A stretch of 64,000 nt of DNA, from the NCBI GenBank assembly GCA_951804945.1, contig OX638154.1, positions 32,178,001 to 32,242,000 of the forward strand, read 5' to 3'. This DNA comes from Podarcis cretensis. Its lineage: Eukaryota. Shown here in pieces: positions 50,260 through 64,000 of this stretch (position 1 is the stretch's first letter; each line of letters begins with the position of its first letter). A model generated the notes under the pieces. The model saw only the letters and a list, made by a program, of their open reading frames with translations, made no database searches and was not told the origin of the DNA. Position numbers and translations under genes: made by a program.

Positions 50260-51000
50260 TTTTTAATCTTGAGGAGGGGAATGCTTTGTCCCGTGGTACA
50301 TAAAAAAGGTAGGCTGATCATATAGCTTATCCAAAAATAGTGGCTAAGTCTTCAGTAAACCACTGTATTATAGTGGTTCCATGCATACCTACAAGGCCTG
50401 TTTTACAGCATGGCATTGGGTGCCTGCATCTTGGCCTTGTGGGGGGTGAAGCAGGTAACTTCTTGTCTCTATTGCTGTTGAATATGAAACTGTTCAAGGT
50501 AGTCATTAGGAAATTTGGGGTGTGATGTCATCAGTATGCAAATGACACCCAGCTCTACTTCTCTGTTACATCAGAGTCAGGAATAGATATGCAAGTCTCC
50601 CTGGACAAAGGGATTGATGAGCGTCAATAAGATAAATCTTGATAAAATAAAGGCCTTGTCAGTAGGAGGTTCCCGGGTCTGGGGAGTGGACACATTGCCT
50701 GTTCTGGGGGGGGAGGGGCTGCACTCTCTCTGAAGAACAGGTGCAAAGTCTGAGGGCACACCTTCATCCACTATTGTTACTGGGGGCCCAAGTGGCCATG
50801 GTAGCCAGGGTGCCTTTTACCAACTTTGGCTAGTGCACCAGCTGTGACAGTTCCTGGACAACCTAGACACAGAGATTCATACATTGGTAACGTCAAGGCA
50901 GGATTTTCTTTGTGGGGACGCGCTTAAGGTTGGTCTGGAAACTGCAGCTTGTGCAGATTGCTGCTGTTATGTTGCTGAGTGGAGCTACCTACCAATAGTA
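50260..51000 (+). mobile_element. Old L2 LINE RT fragment
   Basis: CATCAGTATGCAAATGACACCCAGCTCTAC reads HQYA(D>N)DTQLY, the RT catalytic motif; decayed flanks. Confidence 0.7.
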
Positions 51001-53039
51001 TATGACAGCACTTTGGAAAGACTTGCCCTGGCATTTTTACCACTGCATAAAATCAGCATTTCCCCTATGTGATTATCACTAAGATATTGTTATATATTAT
51101 TTTAAATTGCTCTGTCAATGCTTAAGAAATAAAATTGACAATATGTGAGCGCATGTAGCTTAATGCTCAAGACTGGCATGTCTGTGTACATTGTTTTTTG
51201 AGAATTGCTTGTTGTTTGAAGAAAAGATACAACCTGAATATTATACAACAGATAAACACAAAACTACTGGGAAAGGTTTTAATTCCCCAAGGCTGATTCT
51301 AGTAACAGTAAATGTTTGGCAGAGTCAAAGGGAATATATTGTGATAATAAGGATTGTTGGAAAAAGAATATTTAAAGAAAATAATAAAAATTTATCTGGG
51401 GAAAAATGTTTAGCAGAAGTCATCAATATTTCTGTTTTTCCTCTATCCTTTCTGCTGCATTTGCAAAAGCTGTTCCTCATAAATCTATAGTAAATTTTAT
51501 TTACCATTTCTGCATCTAAAAGACCTCTTCCCTATTTGGGTACCAATACCCAAGTACAAAATATATTCATATCATATTGTAACATACTGTATATAGTGTG
51601 TGATGAATTTATACATTGCCACCAATTGTATTTTCCTGTTCTAAAAGTGCATTAGTTCTGCACTCAATGATTCGAGTCTATCAAGTATTTGTAGTGATTT
51701 AAATTAATTTAAATTCATGTTAACTGGAGACGATCAGTTATGCTCTGTAATGCCCACTGATACAATCCTTTAAAAGAGAGTAACTACAATGCGGCGCTAA
51801 GGTTCGGCCTAGACAGCGTATTCAAAATAGTACCCACACTAAGAGGAATAAATTTGCTGCTGTTATAGAGCAAATTACAACTGTATTCAGCCACTGATTT
51901 CTGCTACCACCCCACTTGAAAAACTGAAACTTCCAGCTTACTAGAACCACCAGCTACTAATTCTTCCTCCTCTGCCCCTGCTCAGTTTGCATATCATAGC
52001 AACATATGAAGCTGCCTTACGAGTCAGACCATTGCTGGATCTAGTTCAGTACTGCCTACACTGACTGGCAATGACGCTCCAGGGTTTCAGGAAATGCCAT
52101 TAATTAAACCTGGGATATTTTACATACAAACCAAGTGCTGTACCACTTTAATTACTTTCATTCCCTAAGTCTACATACATAGCAGTTTAAAGGAGTGAGT
52201 GGGTAAATGAAGGTACTGCAAATACAGCTACTTTGATTTTTCCGATAATCACACAAAGCAACAGGATTATATTTGTACAATTTCCTTGAAGGTATTTATC
52301 AGGCTGTGTGGTCAGTCTGCAGCATACACACCACAAGTTGCATAAACAGCAGGAGTTTGTGGCACATCTGAGCAGGGGCAAGAAGTACTGGGAGCCTGGC
52401 TACAGCAAAGTGTCATCACCCCCATGCTCTGCTGGCCTCTCCTGTGCTGCATACTTCTAAGGTTAGTAGGGTCTGAGGCAAAACCAAACCATTGTAGAGA
52501 GGTTGCCTGTACTGTTTAATAAATCTAGCATACACAAATCTACCATACACCTTTTCATTCTTTGGGTTTGAAATACTGTGGCACATTTGCTTAAAAAGTT
52601 ATCTATTGTTGCATTTAGAAAAATGAGGAGGGTCAGTAAAACTATCCAGCTAATTATGTCTTCAATTTACTATTTATTTAAATATCATTATATTTTCCCT
52701 TCATTAAAAAAATAACATGGATGATGGCAGTATTCTGTTTGATTTACAGATCAGCTATGTCATCTTGCCACTGAAACACACTGTGTGCTGATATCTTAGC
52801 TTCCAAGTAAAAGAGGATCTAATTAGAATGCAGTAGCATTAACAAGAATGGAAAAGTAAATATAGTTTACAAGCAGGTGATATACTAAAGTTTTAGCAAC
52901 TCTGGATAAAAGTTCTTCTGAGTATCTTGGTCCTGAATTTACTTTGATCCCACAGGCAATGTTTATTGTACAAGAAGTTAAAATACATCCTCCCCTGTGG
53001 TTTTCTGTGGCAGATTGAATATTTTCAATTCTTTGGGAA

Positions 53040-53118
53040 CAAAATATATCTAGGTTTCTAGGTAAAATACAAAATATATCTAAAATACAAAATATATCTA
53101 GGTTTCTAGGTAAAATAC
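53040..53118. repeat. Local tandem duplication
   Basis: AAAATATATCTAGGTTTCTAGGTAAAATAC twice, with a partial unit between. Confidence 0.8.
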
Positions 53119-53499
53119 CCAAGAATACTTGCCACTGCAGCCTACTTTCCCATAGGCACAGAAAAGGTAAGCAAAGTGAATTTGAAACACGCAAAGTGAA
53201 ACCACATTTCTCAAAAGGCCTTACAAACAAATACCCACAGCCAACATGAAGGGCACTGACCTATTCTAACAATATAAGCCCTAAGGGCAAGCAATTAGGA
53301 AAACATGTGTTATGTAACTGCAACGCCCATTATGACTGTCAAGAAAATAATACAGACTCCAGGTCCCAGCAATTCATCACCACCTTTAATTATTACAAGA
53401 GATAATCTCTGCCCAAGGAGAAGAGGGAACAATTATCAAGGGTGTCACTACGCCCTAAGCGGCAATTATTGCGGCCACTACTAGATCACTTTCCTTAAA

Positions 53500-54720
53500 A
53501 AAAAAACCCCACTAATCGTGGGGCTCTCAATGAAGCCAAAGCAGCCAATGAAACAAACCACGCGCGCCAGTCCTGTGGTACAAAAAGATGCGTAAGTTGG
53601 CGTGTTATTAAGGGGGGGGGCGGGGAATGAAAGCGCAACTGCGCCTCGATCCAAACCGGACGCTGCGCCTTGAAAGGGATGAGCGGAGTCTTGGCTGATG
53701 CAGAACCTGCCACGATCAAGGTCACGTTACTGACATCCTAGAAACACAGCATCCCTCCTTGCCCAAGAGGAGGAGAAGCTCGCCTGCCCTTTTGGCTTTC
53801 CTCCGCTGACGGGGGCCGAGCGGCGTCAGCAGCAGCCTCCGATGAAAAGCATGGTGCCGGGAGGAAGCCGAGCGCTGCGAAGAGACACGCCGCCGACACC
53901 CGCCCGCCCGCCCCTTCGCAGGGCAAGAGGCGGCGCGGGAGACGTGACGGGCCCCTGCGGGAAGCCGAGCGCCGGTCCCACGCGGGCGCCGAAAGCCGCT
54001 CGGACGCTGCCGGAGGGACCGGCGAGCCAGCCAACCCCCTTCCCGGCTCCCGCTGAAGGAGCCTCCGGGCACCCCGAGCCCGGAGGGAAGAGGCGCCGCC
54101 CGGGGCCCGGGACTCCCTCCTCTCTGCCACAGCCGCGGCTGGTCCCCGCCCCTCTCCGCCTTTGTGAGGCCGCGGCGGGAACTCTTCTGCGCTCGCTGCC
54201 GGGCTCCCCCCGCCGCCTCCCTCTCTCCGCGGGCCGCCTAGGGAGCGCCATGTCCTTACCGGGGAGGGGGGGTTGCTTTTCGTACGTGCCAGGGGCTCGA
54301 GCCGCGGGAGCAGGGGCCGCCAAGGATCCGCTCGCCGAGTCCAGCCCAGCGCCGCCGACTGAGCAGCGCCACAAAATGGCCGACGCGACTGCGGCGCCGC
54401 TAGCTCGCCCGCCTGCCTGCCTGCCGCGAGGGGAGGGGAGGGTCCTCCTGTGGGAGGGGCGAAAGGGCCAGGGGGCGTGGCTCCGGCGGAGAGGGCTCGG
54501 GGGCCCTCGCGCAAAATCCAGGCGGCGGCGGCGGCGGCCCGTCACGCGCGCATCCATCTCTCGGGACCCGGAAGGCGTCGCTGCTTTCCCGTTGTCCAGT
54601 GAGAGGAACTCACGACACAGGCAACGAGCGCGTGCTTTTTTCAATACCCGCTGCTGCTGCTGGACTCGGGTGTATTGAATCCTTGGAGAGAGGGGCCAGC
54701 AGCCGCAAATTATGGACCGC
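53500..54720 (-). promoter_or_regulatory. CpG-island promoter of PHF20 with probable non-coding exon 1 ending at 54260
   Basis: Very GC/CpG-rich block; minus-strand donor CCG|GTAAGG at 54260/54259; YY1-type AAAATGGC 54373-54380; ETS CCGGAAG 54568-54574; E2F-like CGCGCAAA near 54508; CCAAT near 53545. Confidence 0.8.
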
Positions 54721-54812
54721 TTTTAAGGCCACGTTTAAAACATACCAAACCTTTTCCTCCTTCACGCGGGGAACAGGGCAGAGTTCAGTGACTGGAGTAC
54801 GTGCTTCGTATA

Positions 54813-55050
54813 CAGTGGTACCTCGGGTTAAGTACTTAATTCGTTCCGGAGGTCCGTTCTTAACCTGTCACTGTTCTTAACCTGAAGCACCACTTTAGCT
54901 AATGGGGCCTCCTGCTGCCGCCGCGCCGCAGGAGCACGATTTCGGTTCTCATCTTGAAGCTAAGGTTTTAACCCGAGGTACTATTTCTGGGTTGAGTCTG
55001 TAACCCGAAGTGTATGTAACCTGAAGCGTATGTAACCCGAGGTACCACTG
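54813..55050. mobile_element. Tc1/mariner (pogo/Tigger-like) MITE, family A
   Basis: TA|CAGTGGTACCTCGGGTTA ... TAACCCGAGGTACCACTG|TA. Confidence 0.92.
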
Positions 55051-57306
55051 TACACAGCAAGTTCTCTCTGATCCCAACCACAGCCACTGGTGTAGTGGTC
55101 AACTCTGAAGTGCAGGCACTCTTCAAAGATAGAGTTGCACCTTGGCTTGTGAGCTTATACAACAACAAAAATTAAATATGAATTTTTTGACCAATGCAGA
55201 CATTACGGCTTCGGTATCAAGGCAATTTTCTGCTCACTCGCTCTTCCAACCAGGGGCATACTTTGAAGTTGGCCATGTTGGCTCTTGGCCCCCCTTCCAA
55301 GGGTGGGTGGGTGGGTGTGCAAAAAAAAAAAAAAAAATTGCTTCTCTCCACTCTGGTTTGGAGTGGCTAGGAGCCATTTTGCTGGGAGGAGAAGCAAGTT
55401 GGTTTAGAATCTTGCTATTTAGGGTGCTCATTTCTTTTAAAATGCAGGTTATCCTTGTTTGTCATTTTTCTGGTTTTTAAAAAAATGTTTTAATGTTTAT
55501 TTTAATGTTTCTTCTCAACATTTTCCGGGAGAAAATCAGGACCAGATTCTCCCCTTTCAGGTTTTGGAGGAAACAATTAAATAAGGTTATATAACATAAC
55601 TCCTCCTCAGTCCGCTGCTCTGAGCAGCAATCAGAATCTCTGATGTTGGCGACGGGATCACTGACCATAATCAGAATACAGCGTAAAGCGTTACGGAGCC
55701 GAGTTCCGCCGGTTTAGAGACCTCTTCATATATACCGGTAGTTAAGATTCTTACACTGGCCATAGGGTGGCAGTATTTCCCTAAACACATCCTTTGTTTT
55801 CATTCCATTAACTGAAGAAATCAGCTGCAGATTATCAAGAATGAGCAGCTTAAAAAAACGTTTAGGGGTACTCTCTCCCTGCCAAGTTTTGATGGGCAGA
55901 ATTTTACTTATTCTGCCTAATAATATGGACAAGTTGTTGAAGATTGAGCCCAATCATATACCCCCTTGATCCCTGCCCTGTTTGGCTGGTGGAAACTGCC
56001 CCAAGCAGCTTGTCTATTTGGGAGTATCAACACCTATTTATTAGATGATGTGGAACCATTGCTTTTGTGTGTTTTTACACATATACATTTTTTTAAAAAA
56101 GTTGCATCTCCCCTGAAGTACTGAGTACTTCCAGGTGGGGTGGGGTGGGGTGGCTAAATAGATGGTAGATTGAAGTGAAAATTCCATGTTCTCATGTCTA
56201 CCATCACAATTTGTTCTCAGCTCTGATGTGCACAATGAGAAGCTAATATCCAGTTCTGCACAGAAACTGGAACGTGAACACCCAGTGTTAGCTTCTAGAG
56301 CTCGTTTTTGGCTGGAAGCTACAGGCTTTAAGTTGAAAATTCTGCCCCTTGAACTCAAAGGTGAAAATAATAGGATACATCAGATCTATTAGCTGTGCAA
56401 TCTTTTGAAATGTCAGGGTGCAGCCGTGGGAGCATTCACAGCCATGCATCATCTGAGAGCTATGGAATATTGCAATAGGGTCTGGCATATATCCACTACT
56501 GCACAGATGAGAAATTTTGGGCCAAGTGTAGCCCTCTAGGAGTCTATGTGGCTCTCCCCATGTCACACCTCTCACCAGCCATGCTTCATGCCCTTGAGTG
56601 CTCTTGACTAGCCAGAATGTGTCCTTGAACTGTGTTAATGCCTCTTGTTTGTTGCGATGGAGGGGTGTGTGACTTTTACCTGTTGTTCCACCTATTTTTA
56701 AAATGGTTCTGCCTCGCCACAAACGTGTGGCCTCCAGATTGCCCATGAGGGAATGTGGACCTCGGGCTGAGAAGTGCTATCCACCCTTGACCATCCTGAT
56801 TCACTGATGTCCTTAAATAATTGTGGCCATGTGGGACTATTTGCAGTGTTGAGACAGCTCTTGCGATGAGGGAAGGGTGCTTCCCGCATGCTCAAGAGCA
56901 CATTCTATTATTTCACTTTTCTGGACTAAGCCAATGAGCTGAAATCTCTACTGTTAGAAGACAAACTACAAATTGCAAGCAGGAATGGCTGGTAAACAGT
57001 CAGCTAACGGAATTGGAGGGGGGATAAAGCCTGTTTTCATACACACCTCTAGATATTCCTAACCAGAAAACTTCAAGCTGCAGAGTTCACAGATATTGAC
57101 CTGCAGTGTACAGTATCAACCTTTTGACTGAGATAACCTTGCTGTTATTTGCATTAGCACTAAGATTAGGAGCTAATATGCATTCCCTGGTACTGTAACC
57201 TGGAAAACGATCTGTGGAGGGTGAGGACCAATTTTTATACAAACCTATATAGTATTAACTGTTTGCTTTGCATGTGCTTAAAATTTATCATCATCATCAT
57301 CATCAT

Positions 57307-57665
57307 CTAACTTTTTATTGCCCAAGGCAACTCAAAGTGGCTTATAACCAAACAACTCCCCCTCAATACATACATTAAAACTGAGAAACAAAAATATATT
57401 AAAAACATCCACTCTAAAAGGCCACAGATAGTTAAGAAGCTAGAGGCCTGGTTAAAGAGGAAATATTTTGCTTGGCATTGAAAAATATAGAATGATGCTA
57501 CCAGGTGATCCTCGGTGGGGAGAGCATTCCACAAACGGGGAGCAACCACTGAAAAGGCCAATTCTTGTGTTGTTACCCTCCAGACCTCCTATGGAGGGGG
57601 CATACAAAGAAGGGCCTCAGATGATGGTCCATATCGGTTCTTATGGGAAGAGGTGGTACCTGAGG
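57307..57665 (-). mobile_element. L2 3' fragment with (TCA)n tail
   Basis: AFSVVAPRLWNALP is the typical L2 ORF2 C-terminus; adjacent microsatellite at 57287-57306. Confidence 0.7.
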
Positions 57666-57933
57666 TTCTGGTAAAATGAGTACTCTGCTATGACCCAAAA
57701 CCACAAAAGAGACACCACCACAAAGAACTCAAAAGTAGGGTGTTTTTTTTAAAATACTGTCTGCCATTAACAATGTAAATAAGTTATAGTCACTATTCAG
57801 CCAGGAGAAAAGGTGGGGAGAAAGCAGATATTATGAAAGGTAGTTTAAATTCATGCTCTTAGTCAAGGCACAGTTTGTCTAAATCTAAATCGGTGTTTAA
57901 AAACACATAGAAAACAATGATGAACCACAGATG

Positions 57934-57939
57934 TTTAAT
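57934..57939 (-). terminator. Candidate ARHGAP39-like poly(A) signal (ATTAAA), 3' UTR about 3.3 kb
   Basis: ATTAAA on - followed by a GT/T-rich tract; 57.9-61.2 kb is largely free of young repeats. Confidence 0.35.
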
Positions 57940-60900
57940 TATTCTTTAACAACAGTAAGGGACAGTATGTTTTGCTGATTCACATTTACAAACATGTTGG
58001 CAAAAAGAAAACAATATCCAGTGTAATTTTTAGCCTATTTTACAGCCCTTGAGGGGAAAAAGCATTAATATAACAGCCTGTCTATGCTTCTGTTATACTT
58101 AAGTGCCAGGGAGAATTTTAATCATTACCCACCCTGTAGTTGGCTGCAGTGTTTATATCTGGGAAACCTGTGCACCCAGAGGACATCCTGAAACAATTTT
58201 TTAAAGCCTTTTTTAAAGGAGCGGGGGTGTATAGCATACTAAAAATTGGTCAACACTTCCCATTTTCCAAAAAAATTATTTGTGTAAAATGTAGTTGCTA
58301 TATGGTATGGCCACAAACAGAGTCAAGTCCTTAGTATGCTGCATGGATATGAGCTCTGTGTGAAACAGAGAAAATAACTTTATATCAAGATTTGTAATAG
58401 AAGCAGGCCCAAGGTACTCTGTTTGGGAATAAGTTTGAGTTTGATGGGACTTGCTTCCAAATAAGTGTTTGTAGGATTCCAGTTCTAACAACCTGGCACA
58501 AAGAGTGAACAGCACTGGCCAAATTCTGAAAAAGGAGCCTTTTTGAATAGCACCCAGCTCCTCGGAAGACTCAGGCTAATCTACCTCATCAAGTGCAGCT
58601 CAGTAAGAGATAGCAAGGAGCATTCTGCACATGTCACAGTGATTGCCTGAATTCTGGATTCAGCTCAGACAACATGTTACGGGCATTTGTGTGGATATCA
58701 CCCACATGTGTCTCCCTGGCAATGTAAGGGGCGGAAAAGACATGTGACATGCTGCAATGCAGTTTCTGTAGCCACCTGCCTTATGTAAAGTAGGGAAACA
58801 TGAATGCAAATTGCATCACCTATTCCTCACATTACTAGTGAGATGTGCATGTTCAAATAACATGTAGTTTGGGTCCCAGAGAATGGCTCTGTTCAGATAC
58901 AAGAAATCAGAATCCCCAAGTTTCTCGATAATTTAATTGAAAAGAAGCTAACTCTCAAAAGATAGCTAGAAAAAGGCACACTATAAAGGTGAATAGGAAC
59001 TTTGGCATTACCAAATAAACCAAGCTAAAGGATCTTTTACAGCAGAACTGGCTCAAATAGGGAAACAGTAGCATACTTTGGTTCCACATAATGAGATGGA
59101 ATAATCTAGTAAGAGTCACAGTGTCTGGAGATCAAAGGATAATGTCCATTCCTCTATCCATTAAGATCACATCAACCACTATCTGAGAAGTACTAATTCG
59201 TTCCGAAGACTCGTCACACTGGCACAGGAAAGGCTCAAAGCACTGACTGTAAAAGAATATACAACCTGACTCAATTTTCCAAGATTCTGTCCTTGTCATT
59301 TCCATCAACTGGCCTCTTCTCAAGGAACCCAAGCCTGCAAGTCTGTTCAAGGGCTTTCTGAAGGAGCGACACCCACTTCCAAAATGACGGAGAGGCAAGG
59401 ACATGGAAGGCTCCTGTTTCAGGTATGTGTCAGGAAAGTGGCAAGAGAAAGGTGTAGAAGTACTGAGGCAGCAGTCCTACTCCTACCCCTTCCCTTAATC
59501 AGCAAGGACTCCCTGACTAGTGGAAGGGCAAAGTGGTCAGAAGACTTCAGCCTCGGTGAGAAAAATCCAACTTTCTGTGAAAGGGTGAAATGAAGTTCAG
59601 AGTATTATGGCATCAAACTGCTCTTCTTGCTTAGCATAATTGCTCTCTTCTACCTTAAGACTACAACCTGTGTTTTTCAAACCAGAAGTACTGACTGAGG
59701 TCCTAACTAATATGGATGAAGGAAATCCATGATCAGATCTCCCAATGTCTTTTTCTTTCATTTAAAAAGCAGTCACTGGCGGGGACTTAACACTTTACTC
59801 CTCTCACTATTTGCTCAATTTAAAGTTCAGAGATGAGGGAAGAGACAGGTATTATACGGATACTGATTTTCCTACCGCACTGGATCATGCTTCTCAGCTA
59901 ACAGCAGCCTTGGAAGGGCAATGTAAGTCTGGAAAGTGCAATGGACACGAAGGGTTCAGCTCCAAACCAGTTCAGCCTCCCTACAGCTTCTTTTAACCAA
60001 AGAAAAAGATATCAGGAGATCTGATCAAGGAGTTCTCGTGTTGTGTCTAGTTTGGCTTTGTAAGCCTGAGTGGGAAGCAGAATACAAAAGGCATATCTTG
60101 AGCTCAGTAAAAGCCTTCATGCTGATCATGTTTGCTCATAACATCTTCACAACAACTTGATACCCGATTTTAGTCTATGTTGAAGTAAGGAGGAGAAAGG
60201 CAGCAGGAATCATAACTGACTGCGTTTTTTAACATATAGAGAAAGTTCCATTCTGGAGAAATAATCTGTAAGCTATTTCATTGCTGTGACCTAGCTTAAA
60301 CTCAAGGGGACAAGGATCATTGCCATTTGAGATATCTAACCCAAACAATGAAAAAGTATATTTGGGCTTAAAAAAAAGCTTGAAATTTAATCAGCCTCTT
60401 TCTAAGGTACTATACAGCAGGAGAAGAAAACAACAACAGGCAGTCTCCAGTCCATGACTGCTTTTCACTGTGGGAAAAGGTTGCAGTTAAATAGCTTGAC
60501 CTTGTTTCCAACAATGCCTTCCACTTGGTCCTTCTAATATGAATTGAGTGGTAAAAGTACTCCAGGCATGAGGAGAGTCAACCTGGATCGGAAGCCACAG
60601 CTCATCCAGTGCTGCCAAACTGAACCTTTGGTAAGAGTGGTGTGTTTTAAGGTAGCAAAGACAGGTAGAAGAGTTGGAGAAGGATGCAGCCAGCAATTTG
60701 AATTGCAGTACTGGCTGCAGCAGGTTTGCTCCAAGGCAGGATATGTGCTATAGTAGCCTGAGACAACAACCCTTTTCCTTCTGGGGGTGAAGCTTGATTA
60801 GCGAAGTTTCCAATCTTCAGGTGGTAGAAGCAAAATCCCAGTATCTGAGAGCAGTTGGTTCCCAATGAACATTCCACTTTGAATGTGCAGTGGATTCCCA

Positions 60901-61253
60901 GTGTAATGCAGAGCGGTTCCAACTTTTGTGCTTTGACAATGCACTGGCTGCTGCCTCTGGCATCTTGACTTCCTAGGAATCAACTGCTGCAGGTTCTTAG
61001 GAGTGCCCTCACAGCATGGTCTGAGAGTTGGCTCCCTGATGCCTCAAAACCCTTTCTAGTATGATGACTTCATTATTATAGGGTTTTCTTGGAGACATTA
61101 GCGGTGTTGCTGGGGCGAGGAAACAGCTGTCGAAGCAACAGAAGCAACCCGAGGAGCCTGGAGCCTGCAGAGGGGAAGATCCATGGCTCAAAGAAGGTAA
61201 TACTGGCAAGAGATCCTTACTCCCTTCACATGGTGTTGCCTGAAGCCAACCCT

Positions 61254-63387
<2,134 letters not shown>

Positions 63388-64000
63388 TCATCAACAGAGG
63401 AAGCAAATCCCAGATCCAGAGGAACAAACGAGACTACATATTTCAGAAAGCCGTGTACAGAGTTGTTTGACAAGAATGCCATAGTTAGTGTTAAACAAGT
63501 AGGACACAAACAAAAATATTGCAGTTTAGAGTGCATCTGTTTGACATTTCCCCTTAAATGGGGGTGGGTTGGGGTAGAGAGAGGGGTACTCCTACAGGCG
63601 TCTCTACCTGCTCTGCTTAAGGACCAGGAACCTTGGCTCTTCCTCTCCTTGAGTCTTTCGATTCCAACTGGTCATTACAAGAACTCTGTTAACTAAGAAA
63701 CAGTGCCAGAGTTTGCTTTTTCCCTCTTATCTCCCAAACTCTTTTCCTTTCAGGTCATGACTTTTATAAACTTTTAGACTAAGCCTCAAGGCATCATTAT
63801 CATCAACATTTGTAAACTGTTCTGGGAGCCTTTTATGGCAGAAGAATGTGATTTAAAAATGCTACAAACAAACAGACCAAGCCGCAATATTTGGGGGGTC
63901 TCATTAATCTACTAATTCCTCCCTCTTGAGCAAGGCGGCTGTGGCTAAATGAAGAGTCATGCTTTGAGAACGAGTATTTAATTAGTATAGAGGATTCATT

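Noticed and set aside
53722-54678. Long overlapping ORFs of 258-278 aa on both strands
   Set aside because: Low-complexity Pro/Arg/Gly/Ala frames expected in a GC-rich CpG island; no recognisable domain.

Overview
Vertebrate nuclear DNA, almost certainly from a lacertid lizard (Sauria-type SINE plus lacertid-type MITEs), not prokaryotic. I reconstructed three intron-containing genes by hand; every intron is GT-AG and phase-consistent. (1) Complete SLA2/SLAP-2 on + (7 coding exons, 3402-9159, 269 aa: myristoylation motif, SH3, SH2). (2) Complete PHF20 on - (17 coding exons, 41858-11448, 998 aa; CpG-island promoter near 53.5-54.7 kb), tail-to-tail with SLA2. (3) The last three exons of an ARHGAP39-like RhoGAP on - (63367-61254), probably a paralogue of human ARHGAP39 rather than its orthologue. 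Introns carry a dead Tc1 transposon with a nested hAT MITE, seven pogo/Tc1-type MITEs, other hAT MITEs, SINEs, and CR1, L2 and Penelope remnants. Best leads: the ARHGAP39 paralogue and its ancestral synteny; loss of both Akt-motif serines in PHF20; a minimal hammerhead-ribozyme core in a Penelope-like remnant; and a candidate uORF cassette exon in PHF20 intron 1. I could not support a wholly new multi-gene system.
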